NCBI RefSeq assembly: GCF_900289195.1
Contig: NZ_OMOH01000003.1
Location: 337,099-369,098 of the forward strand
Length of the DNA stretch: 32,000 nt
Origin: Propionibacterium ruminifibrarum
GTDB lineage: Bacteria > Actinomycetota > Actinomycetes > Propionibacteriales > Propionibacteriaceae
Reading direction: 5' to 3'
This document shows, in pieces, positions 23,884 through 31,648 of the stretch. Under the pieces are notes generated by a model, which searched no databases, was not told the origin of the DNA, and saw only the letters and a program-made list of their open reading frames with translations. The translations under genes and the position numbers were made by a program. Every line of letters begins with the position of its first letter. Within the stretch, counting starts at the first letter, position 1.

Positions 23884-25158
23884 ATGGAGTTCGAGAAGGC
23901 TCTGACACGCAAGATCACCTTGCGGATCATTCCGTTCGTCATGGTCCTGTACACGGCTGCCTACGTGGACCGCTCGGCAGTGGGTTTTGCTCAGCTGCAC
24001 ATGGAGACCGACATCGGTATCGACTCGGCCGCCTATGGCTTCGGTGCCGGCCTGTTCTTCTTGGCCTACTTCCTGTTCGAGGTGCCGAGTAACTGGGTCC
24101 TGCCGAAGGTGGGTCCCAGACGCTGGTTCGCGCGCATCCTCGTGACATGGGGACTGATCACTGCGTTGATGGCAGCCGCCCGAGGGCCTATTTCCTTTTA
24201 CATACTGCGCTTCCTGCTCGGGGCTGCCGAGGCTGGTTTCTATCCTGGGATTCTCTACTATCTCACCGAGTGGTACCCACAGCGCAACAGAACGAAGGCG
24301 ACGGGTGTTTTCGTCATGGCGGCGCCGCTGGCGTTCCTTATCATGAGCCCGTTGGCCGGCTGGCTGCTCGGCGTGACCGGTCTTGGCATGGTTGGTTGGC
24401 AGTGGCTGTTCGTCGTCGTGGGTGGCGTGGCCGTCCTGCTCGCGATCCCGACGTTGCGTCTCCTGCACGACAGCCCGCACGCCGCCCCGTGGATCACCGA
24501 AGAAGAAGCTGCCTGGATCGACGCCGAACTGGAGAAGGACAGGCAGGAACTCGGTCAGGCAGATCACAAGAACCCGTTCAAAGCCCTTCTGGACAAGAAT
24601 GTGCTCCTGTTCGCCGTGCTGTTCTTCCCCTCCACGGTGGGTGTTTACGGCCTGTCTTACTGGTTGCCGCAAGTGATCAGCAAGTTCTCGAGTAGCGACA
24701 TGAACACCGGCTTGCTTACGGCGGTGCCGTATATCTTCGCGCTGATCGGAATCTGGATCACATCGCGTTGGGCGGCACGATTCCGTGAGAACTGGATCCC
24801 GCTGGCCGTCATCTTCGCCGGGGCTGCAGTGGGTATCGGTGCTTCGGCCTTGGTCAGTTCACCGCTCGCTCAGCTGGCATGCCTGTCACTCGCGGCTTTC
24901 TGCTTGTACTCGATCGCCGGAGTCTTCTGGGCGCTGCCGACCCTGTACGTGATCGGGGCAACTGCGGCGGTCGGTATCGCGGCGATCAACAGCTTTGGCA
25001 ATCTGGGTGGTTTCGTCGGCCCCTATGTGGTGGGGCTCATTGCCCAGTCAACCGGGACGACGACGGCCGGCATGCTGTTCCTGTCCGTCGTCCTGTTCCT
25101 GGGGGCAGCAGGGACCATGGTGGCCAAGGCCGTCAAGGGCCGATCTTCCGGGCATTGA
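23884..25158 (+). CDS. MFS transporter, ACS family (third copy in window)
   Basis: AGGAG (23871-23875) lies 8 nt before ATG 23884. The track start is GTG 23875. TAAYVDRSAVGFA...AYFLFEVPSN...RFLLGAAEAGFYPG. Confidence 0.85.
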   Translation: MEFEKALTRKITLRIIPFVMVLYTAAYVDRSAVGFAQLHMETDIGIDSAAYGFGAGLFFLAYFLFEVPSNWVLPKVGPRRWFARILVTWGLITALMAAARGPISFYILRFLLGAAEAGFYPGILYYLTEWYPQRNRTKATGVFVMAAPLAFLIMSPLAGWLLGVTGLGMVGWQWLFVVVGGVAVLLAIPTLRLLHDSPHAAPWITEEEAAWIDAELEKDRQELGQADHKNPFKALLDKNVLLFAVLFFPSTVGVYGLSYWLPQVISKFSSSDMNTGLLTAVPYIFALIGIWITSRWAARFRENWIPLAVIFAGAAVGIGASALVSSPLAQLACLSLAAFCLYSIAGVFWALPTLYVIGATAAVGIAAINSFGNLGGFVGPYVVGLIAQSTGTTTAGMLFLSVVLFLGAAGTMVAKAVKGRSSGH

Positions 25159-25209
25159 CCGACGCGAGTGCATAGGGTCACCTGCGTACCGCAGATGATG
25201 ATGGCTGAG

Positions 25210-25236
25210 GCTGGGCCCGATCACGACGGGTCCAGC
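25210..25236. terminator. hairpin between convergent MFS and GntR genes
   Basis: GCTGGGCCCG (25210-25219), loop ATCACGA, CGGGTCCAGC (25227-25236). 10-bp stem with one G-U pair. Confidence 0.35.
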
Positions 25237-25310
25237 CCGGCCGTTTCGGCGGGGCAGTCCTCGGGTGGTTCCATCAGTCGGACGGCGGAATGGACGGTGT
25301 GTGACCCCAG

Positions 25311-26036
25311 TCAGGGTTCAGCGGGAGCATCCGACAGGCAGCGACCCAAAACCTTGTTGAGGTGCCCGGTCATCGCATCGGCCGCTGCATCCGGGTCGCC
25401 GGTGCCAACGGCATCGAGGATCGCAGAGTGCTCCTCGATCGCGAACGGGGCGTCACTGACCTGCGTCCCGAGAGTCTGGCGCATGCGGTGCACGCTGAAT
25501 GACAGTGAGTTGACAGCCCGGCTCAGGTATCGGTTGCCGCAGTGGTCGAGGATCGCCTGGTGGAACATCCAATCCGATTCGAAATAGCGCTTGACCTGGG
25601 AGGGATCCTCAAGGGCATGCGGTTCGGCCATCTTGGCGGCCCATTGTTTGTGAGTGGTGAAGGCGCTTTTAAGTGATTGGAGCAAGGCCTCGGAGTCGCG
25701 CTGCATGGCCCGGTACAGGGCGCTCGGCTCCAGGACGAGACGGGCGTCCACGAGTTCGGTGATCTGATCACGTGACATCGGCGGGGCGACCCTGTACCCA
25801 CGATGCGCCTCGCGGGTGACCAGACCGGTGTGTTCCAGGCGCGCCAGAGCCTCCCTGACCGGGGTGGGGGACACCGACATCGACTTGGCGAGGCCATCGA
25901 TCGACAGGGGCGAGGCCGGGGGGAGCTGTCCGGCGAGGAGGACTTCCAGAATGGCGTCGTACACCTCGTCGCGTAGCCCATGAGCAGACAAGGGATTGAA
26001 GCCGGAAAGCCCCTCAGCCGCTGATTTCATGGCCAC
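25311..26036 (-). CDS. GntR family transcriptional regulator, FCD domain (paralog of 11974-12783)
   Basis: LSIDGLAKSMSVSPTPVREALARLEHTGLVTREAHRGYRVAPPMS...DWMFHQAILDHCGNRYLSRAVNSLSFSVHRMRQT is collinear with the other GntR. Confidence 0.88.
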   Translation of the reverse strand: MAMKSAAEGLSGFNPLSAHGLRDEVYDAILEVLLAGQLPPASPLSIDGLAKSMSVSPTPVREALARLEHTGLVTREAHRGYRVAPPMSRDQITELVDARLVLEPSALYRAMQRDSEALLQSLKSAFTTHKQWAAKMAEPHALEDPSQVKRYFESDWMFHQAILDHCGNRYLSRAVNSLSFSVHRMRQTLGTQVSDAPFAIEEHSAILDAVGTGDPDAAADAMTGHLNKVLGRCLSDAPAEP

Positions 26037-26142
26037 AGGTTACAAGTCGGAATGCGGTGGCTGCTGACAGCGCTCCGATGGTGAACCGAGACGCGGCGCT
26101 TCATGCGAAGAGCATCATGTGTGAATGACGTCGTCCGCCGGG

Positions 26143-27105
26143 TCACGCGAAGGCCTCATGCACCCGCTGCCGCAGGGCAGAGTCAGGAGCCATGCAGGAC
26201 ATCGTGAAACAACCCCCCAGGCCATTGCCGCAGGCGTCGATGATCCTGGCCTGGCTGAAACGTTCACGAATGAGCTGTTCGAAGCGCTCACGAAGCACCA
26301 CGTTGCGGAAGACCTGACCGAGCATGCCCACCACGGGGTCGGGGCGCTCGTCCTGACCCACCCTGTGCAGCCCGGCAACAGCCGAGACCGCGAGTTCGGT
26401 GGCGGCGGCCTCGCTGATCGACCGCGCAACCTCGTCGGTGCCGGCGAGTTCGGAGACCGTCTTGGCGTACGAGGCGATCCGTCTCACCTTGTGCTCGTCG
26501 GCCTGCAATTCCAGGTAGGCCTTCTCCAGATCGGGGAAGTCCCGTTCGACCTGTTCGCTCAACGCCGTGGCGGGGCCGCGCCCGTCATGGGCGCGCATGA
26601 CGGCGTCGAGTGCCGCGCGTCCGATCCAGTAGCCCGAGCCGGCATCGCCCAGCAGGTAGCCCCAGCCATCCACGCGGGCAACGCTGGTCAACCCGACGGC
26701 GAGCGTGACGACCCCGGTGCCGGCCGCCACGACGACGCCGGGCTGGTCGCCGATCGCACACAGGTAACTCGTCGTCGAGTCGTGGGCGAGGAGGACGTGG
26801 CGCACGCCCGCATCCCGGATCAGCGAGAGCAGCTCGGTGGGGTCGGCGTCATCGGCCAGCCCCGATGAGCCCACCGAGACAGTGGAGCAGGGCTGGTCAT
26901 AGGTGCGCAACGCCTCAAGGATGTACCCGGCCAGCTGAGGGATCTGGGGCCTGTCGTTGACCACACCCGGATGTGACGTCTCGGCGACGACAGTGCCGTC
27001 CCGTCTCAGCTGAGTGCGGGTTCCGGTCTGACCGCCATCCACGCACAGGACAACCTCGTCCCCGGTGTGCTTCATGTCCTCGTCGATCAGGGCGCCACTG
27101 CTCAT
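26143..27105 (-). CDS. BadF/BadG/BcrA/BcrD-type ATPase (N-acetylglucosamine-kinase-like sugar kinase)
   Basis: LCVDGGQTGTRT (phosphate-1), VVAAGTGVV, GWGYLLGDAGSGYWIGRAAL. All are typical of the family. Confidence 0.75.
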   Translation of the reverse strand: MSSGALIDEDMKHTGDEVVLCVDGGQTGTRTQLRRDGTVVAETSHPGVVNDRPQIPQLAGYILEALRTYDQPCSTVSVGSSGLADDADPTELLSLIRDAGVRHVLLAHDSTTSYLCAIGDQPGVVVAAGTGVVTLAVGLTSVARVDGWGYLLGDAGSGYWIGRAALDAVMRAHDGRGPATALSEQVERDFPDLEKAYLELQADEHKVRRIASYAKTVSELAGTDEVARSISEAAATELAVSAVAGLHRVGQDERPDPVVGMLGQVFRNVVLRERFEQLIRERFSQARIIDACGNGLGGCFTMSCMAPDSALRQRVHEAFA

Positions 27106-27225
27106 ACGGTGAGTCTAGTGAGGCGGCTCGACAACCCAACCGCGGGCCGCTCATGCGGGCATCCCAATCGCGGGGCACACGGGTGAGAATGTCATCGCGC
27201 CCGATGCGGTGGAGTGGCCAGGGCG

Positions 27226-27636
27226 TCAGATGCGCCCGGCCCGCCGGAGCGCGGGAATGACGTGGTCGATGAGCAGTGGCGCCTGGCGGGGATCGCCCGT
27301 ACAGTCGAGCAGATCGGTCCACTCGTACTCGGCGATCTCGTGGTCGGTGCGGGCCAGGGCGTCACGGGGCCAGTCGGCGACGTAGACAGTGCAGTGGATC
27401 TTGTCGGCGTCGCCATTGGCCGGGGCTGAGTCGAAGTCGCCCAGCAGTTCGAGGGCCTCCGGGTCGAGGTCGATGCGTAGTTCCTCGGTGGCTTCGCGCA
27501 ACACCGCATCGAGGGTGCTCTCGCCGGGCTCGATCTTGCCGCCCGGCAGGATGACGTGATCGGTTCCGCGCTTGCGCACGTTCAGCACCTCGTGGCCCCG
27601 CAGCAACGCAACCGCGGCCAACTCGAAAACCTTCAC
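27226..27636 (-). CDS. NUDIX hydrolase
   Basis: Nudix box GGKIEPGESTLDAVLREATEELRI. 136 aa. Confidence 0.85.
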   Translation of the reverse strand: MKVFELAAVALLRGHEVLNVRKRGTDHVILPGGKIEPGESTLDAVLREATEELRIDLDPEALELLGDFDSAPANGDADKIHCTVYVADWPRDALARTDHEIAEYEWTDLLDCTGDPRQAPLLIDHVIPALRRAGRI

Positions 27637-27937
27637 GTCTGCTCCTCATGCCGGATCCGTTGCGAGGTTACCCGGGATGGCGGTGTCGACGGCGTCCGTG
27701 GGGCGGGTGGCAGAGGTCTCACTCGTGGCGAACGGTCAAGGGATGGCATCGGGTGGCCAGGCGAGATGGCGAAGCCTAATCTGAACTCCATCGTCGCGGG
27801 CATCCGGTACCGCACGCGTTGGCGCTGGAAGTACCGGTATGACCACCAAAAATGTCATACTGACAGGGTCCGTTCGCGGCACAGGTACGGCCGAGGGAAG
27901 ATCCCCCAGGCGTACTGGACCAACAGAAAGGCAATCC

Positions 27938-30043
27938 GTGACCATCGCTGAAGCCGGCACAGTTCAGACCGAGAACCCCTGGCATGACTTCGTCACCGGC
28001 CCCTGGACTGAGGCCATTGACGTGCGCGATTTCATCCAGCGCAACTACACCCCTTATGAAGGAGACGCCTCCTTCCTCGAAGGCCCCACGGAGAAGACCC
28101 TCCGCGTGTGGGACCACCTGGAGAAGAACTACCTGAGCGAGGAGCGCAAGCGTCGCGTCTACGACGTCGACACCCACACTCCGAACGATGTGGACGCCTT
28201 CGGGCCCGGCTACATCAGCGAGGACGACGACGTGATCGTCGGCCTGCAGACCGACGTGCCGCTCAAGCGCGCCATGATGCCCAATGGTGGCTGGCGCATG
28301 GTCGAGACCGCCATCGGGGAGGCCGGCAAGGAAGTCGATCCCCGGGTCAAGGAGATCTTCACCAAGTACCGCAAGACGCACAACGAGGCCGTCTTCGACA
28401 TCTACACCCCCCGTATTCGTGCCGCCCGCAGCTCCCACATCATCACCGGTCTGCCCGACGCCTACGGGCGCGGCCGGATCATCGGCGACTACCGTCGCGT
28501 CGCCCTCTACGGCGTCGACAAGCTGATCGAGTGGAAGCAGGCCGACAAGGACAAGGTCGCCGACCAGCCCTTCAGCGAACACTGGGCCCGTTACCGCGAG
28601 GAGCACTCCGAGCAGATCAAGGCCCTCAAGAAGCTCAAGAAGATGGCCGCCGGTTACGGCTTCGACATCTCCGTGCCCGCCAAGAACGCCAAGGAGGCCG
28701 TCCAGTGGACGTACTTCGGCTACCTGGCCTCGGTGAAGTCCCAGGACGGTGCCGCCATGTCGATCGGCCGGCTGTCCGCCTTCCTCGACTGCTACTTCGA
28801 GCGCGACCTCAAGGCCGGTCTCATCACCGAGTCCGATGCCCAGGAGATGATCGACGCGATCGTCCTCAAGCTGCGCATCGTGCGTTTCCTGCGCACCATC
28901 GACTACGACCAGATCTTCTCCGGTGACCCCTACTGGGCCACCTGGTCCGATGCCGGCTTCGGTGACGACGGCCGCGCCATGGTCACCAAGACCTCCTTCC
29001 GTCTGCTCCAGACGCTGCGCAACCTCGGCCCGGCCCCCGAGCCGAACATCACGATTTTCTGGGACAAGGGTCTCCCGAAGGGGTACAAGGACTTCTGCGC
29101 CGCCATCTCGATCGAGACCAGCGCCATCCAGTACGAGTCCGACAAGGACATCCGCGCCCACTGGGGTGACGACGCGGCCATCGCCTGCTGCGTGTCCCCG
29201 ATGCGGGTCGGCAAGCAGATGCAGTTCTTCGGCGCCCGCGTGAACTCGGCGAAGGCCCTGCTCTACGCCATCAACGGCGGACGCGACGAGATGAGCGGCA
29301 AGCTCGTCGCCGAGGGCTTCGAGCCGGTCTCCGGTGACGGCCCGCTCGACTTCGACGACGTGTGGAACCGCTACGAGAAGATGCTCGACTGGGTCGTCGG
29401 CACCTACGTCGAGGCCCTGAACATCATCCACTACTGCCACGATCGTTACGCGTACGAGGCCATCGAGATGGCCCTGCACGACTCCGACATCGTGCGCACC
29501 CTGGGCTGCGGCATCGCCGGCCTGTCGATCGTCGCGGACTCCCTTTCCGCCATCAAGTACGCCACGGTGACCCCGGTACGCGACGAGACCGGCCTCGTGG
29601 TCGACTACATCACCGAGGGCGACTTCCCCAAGTACGGCAACGACGACGACCGCGCCGACGAGATCGCCTCGACCGTCGTCCACACGATCATGAGCAAGAT
29701 CCGCGAGATCGAGCTCTACCGCGACGCCATCCCGACCCAGTCCGTGCTGACGATCACCTCGAACGTCGTCTACGGCAAGGCCACCGGCTCCTTCCCCTCC
29801 GGCCACGAGAAGGGCACGCCCTTCGCCCCCGGCGCCAACCCGGAGAACGGGATGGACACGCACGGCATGGTCGCCTCCATGCTGTCGGTGGGCAAGCTGG
29901 ACTACAACGATGCGCTCGACGGCATCTCGCTGACGAACACCATCACCCCCACCGGGCTCGGCCGCGACAAGGAGGAGCAGGTCAGCAACCTGGTCGGCAT
30001 CCTTGACGCCGGCTTCCTCCCCAACGACTGCAACGAGTACTGA
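27938..30043 (+). CDS. pflB: pyruvate formate-lyase (formate C-acetyltransferase) catalytic core lacking the C-terminal glycyl-radical domain
   Basis: GTG 27938 follows AGAAAGG (27925-27931). Codons 27839-27937 mostly end in A/T and look non-coding. IDVRDFIQRNYTPYEGD, GRIIGDYRRVALYG, and the active-site AIACCVSPM are present. The ORF ends ...LVGILDAGFLPNDCNEY* before the RVSGYAV region. Confidence 0.9.
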   Translation: MTIAEAGTVQTENPWHDFVTGPWTEAIDVRDFIQRNYTPYEGDASFLEGPTEKTLRVWDHLEKNYLSEERKRRVYDVDTHTPNDVDAFGPGYISEDDDVIVGLQTDVPLKRAMMPNGGWRMVETAIGEAGKEVDPRVKEIFTKYRKTHNEAVFDIYTPRIRAARSSHIITGLPDAYGRGRIIGDYRRVALYGVDKLIEWKQADKDKVADQPFSEHWARYREEHSEQIKALKKLKKMAAGYGFDISVPAKNAKEAVQWTYFGYLASVKSQDGAAMSIGRLSAFLDCYFERDLKAGLITESDAQEMIDAIVLKLRIVRFLRTIDYDQIFSGDPYWATWSDAGFGDDGRAMVTKTSFRLLQTLRNLGPAPEPNITIFWDKGLPKGYKDFCAAISIETSAIQYESDKDIRAHWGDDAAIACCVSPMRVGKQMQFFGARVNSAKALLYAINGGRDEMSGKLVAEGFEPVSGDGPLDFDDVWNRYEKMLDWVVGTYVEALNIIHYCHDRYAYEAIEMALHDSDIVRTLGCGIAGLSIVADSLSAIKYATVTPVRDETGLVVDYITEGDFPKYGNDDDRADEIASTVVHTIMSKIREIELYRDAIPTQSVLTITSNVVYGKATGSFPSGHEKGTPFAPGANPENGMDTHGMVASMLSVGKLDYNDALDGISLTNTITPTGLGRDKEEQVSNLVGILDAGFLPNDCNEY

Positions 30044-30080
30044 CAGCCCCGACATCTGAACCAGAGGAGATAGAAAGAAC

Positions 30081-30332
30081 ATGTCCGTCAAGACCTACGC
30101 CGAACGCGTCGCCGACATGAAGGCCAACCGCGAGGCCTCCGGCGCGACCGATGGCCTGTACCACGCCAACATCAACGTGCTGAACCGTGAGACCCTCGAG
30201 GACGCCATCGAGCATCCCGAGAAGTACCCGAACCTCACCGTCCGCGTCTCGGGCTACGCGGTGAACTTCGTCAAGCTCACCAGGGAGCAGCAGCTCGACG
30301 TGCTGAGCCGCACCTTCCACCAGTCGGCCTGA
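30081..30332 (+). CDS. stand-alone glycyl-radical domain protein (GrcA/YfiD-like, equals the missing PFL C-terminus)
   Basis: Own GGAG RBS (30066-30069) and [60 protein letters not shown] carries the RVSGYAV glycyl-radical fingerprint. Almost every codon ends in G/C, including the unique N-terminal 25 aa. Confidence 0.88.
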   Translation: MSVKTYAERVADMKANREASGATDGLYHANINVLNRETLEDAIEHPEKYPNLTVRVSGYAVNFVKLTREQQLDVLSRTFHQSA

Positions 30333-30343
30333 CACGCCAACCA

Positions 30344-31207
30344 ATGACCGCTGACACGATCACGCCGGCCGGGGACAACTCCTTCAAGTCCCCGGCCCGG
30401 CGTCTTCACGGGGCAGGCCTCGATGGGATCACCACCGAGGACCTGCCCCGCGGCGCTCGCCTGGAGGCGATGCGCGAGGGCACCGTCGGGTCGATCCACT
30501 CCTGGGAGCTCGTCACCGCCGTCGACGGGCCGGGCACCCGCATGACCGTCTTCTTCGCCGGCTGCCCGCTGCGGTGCCAGTACTGCCACAACCCCGACAC
30601 CTTCTTCATGGCCAGGGGCCAGCTCGTGGCCGTGGAGGACATGCTCAAGCGTGTCAGCCGCTACCGCGGGGTCTTCAACGCCACCGGCGGCGGCCTCACC
30701 CTGTCCGGCGGTGAAGTGCTCATGCAGGCCCCCTTCGCGGCACGGCTGCTGCACGGCGCCAAGCAGAGGGGCATCCACACCTGCATCGACACGTCCGGTT
30801 TTCTCGGCGCCTCCTGCACCGACGAGATGCTCGAGGACATCGATCTGGTGCTGCTCGACGTGAAGGCAGGTGACCCGGACCTGTACGAGGAGGTCACCGG
30901 GCGGGCACTGGCCCCGACCCTGGCCTTCGGCGACCGGCTGGCGGCCAGGGGGACGCAGGTGTGGGTCCGTTTCGTCGACGTGCCCGGCCTGACCCATGAC
31001 CCCGCCAACGTGGCCGCAGTGGCCGACATCGTCGCGAAGTGGCCGAACGTCACGCGCACCGAGGTGCTCGGCTTCCACCAGATGGGCCGTGACAAGTGGC
31101 ACGACCTGGGCCTGGACTACAAGCTCGAGAACACCCCGGCCCCGACCCGTGACCAGCTCGAGGCCACCCGCGACATCTTCCGCTCCAAGGGCCTGACGGT
31201 GTACTGA
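30344..31207 (+). CDS. pflA: pyruvate formate-lyase activating enzyme (radical SAM)
   Basis: GSIHSWELVTAVDGPGTRMTVFFAGCPLRCQYCHNPDT (CxxxCxxC cluster motif), GGGLTLSGGE. Alternative start ATG 30470 (MREGTVGSIHSWE). Confidence 0.9.
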   Translation: MTADTITPAGDNSFKSPARRLHGAGLDGITTEDLPRGARLEAMREGTVGSIHSWELVTAVDGPGTRMTVFFAGCPLRCQYCHNPDTFFMARGQLVAVEDMLKRVSRYRGVFNATGGGLTLSGGEVLMQAPFAARLLHGAKQRGIHTCIDTSGFLGASCTDEMLEDIDLVLLDVKAGDPDLYEEVTGRALAPTLAFGDRLAARGTQVWVRFVDVPGLTHDPANVAAVADIVAKWPNVTRTEVLGFHQMGRDKWHDLGLDYKLENTPAPTRDQLEATRDIFRSKGLTVY

Positions 31208-31246
31208 GCTGGCCCACGAGGTGCGCATGCTGGTAGACAGGGAACC

Positions 31247-31648
31247 GTGAGCACACCCCGTGAGTCTCAGACCTCCGATGAACTGCTCCGCCATCTCGTC
31301 GGTGACCGGCTCGTCTCGGTCGCGTTCGTGCTCGACGACTACGTACAGCTCCAGTTCGACGGGGCATCCATGAACATCGAGGTGCTTCCCCACATCAGCT
31401 ACGAAGGACGCCTCTGGCGGGGCCAGGACCTCGGCTACGCCGACGCCTTCCGCAGACTCGGGGGCCACGAGGTGGTCGCCGTTTCCGGACGCGCCGGGGA
31501 GGGCCTGCGCATCCGCGTGGACAACGGCGAGATCCGCATCGACCCCGACCCCGGCGAAGCCCCCGTCGAGATCGCGAGCCTGCGCGTGGGCGACAGCCGC
31601 TGGGAGTCCTGGTACCCCGGCGAGGGCGTCTTCGAGCACCTGGCCTGA
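31247..31648 (+). CDS. hypothetical protein (133 aa)
   Basis: GTG start. High GC3. No family recognised. Lies 39 nt downstream of pflA on the same strand. Confidence 0.55.
   Translation: MSTPRESQTSDELLRHLVGDRLVSVAFVLDDYVQLQFDGASMNIEVLPHISYEGRLWRGQDLGYADAFRRLGGHEVVAVSGRAGEGLRIRVDNGEIRIDPDPGEAPVEIASLRVGDSRWESWYPGEGVFEHLA

Noticed and set aside
27839-27937. ATG 27839 as the pflB start (ORF-track start, 734 aa).
   Set aside because: The first 33 codons are rich in A/T-ending rare codons (aaa aat ata aca gtt aga cgt act gga cca gaa caa) and encode no PFL-like sequence. GTG 27938 has an AGAAAGG RBS, and canonical PFL homology begins just after it.
27637-27937. ZTP (pfl-motif) riboswitch upstream of pflB.
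   Set aside because: I looked for the GACTGGCGAAC...CCGCCTGGGC-type core. Only a loose resemblance (CGTGGCGAAC, GGCCAGGCG) was found, and there is no 3' pseudoknot element. An Infernal scan would be decisive.
30041-30083. A simple frameshift or sequencing error as the explanation for the pflB / glycyl-radical-domain split.
   Set aside because: The large ORF stops at 30041-30043. The small ORF's frame is closed by TGA at 30057-30059 and only opens after it, so one indel cannot join them. The small ORF has its own RBS and ATG. Older pseudogenisation cannot be fully excluded without comparative data.
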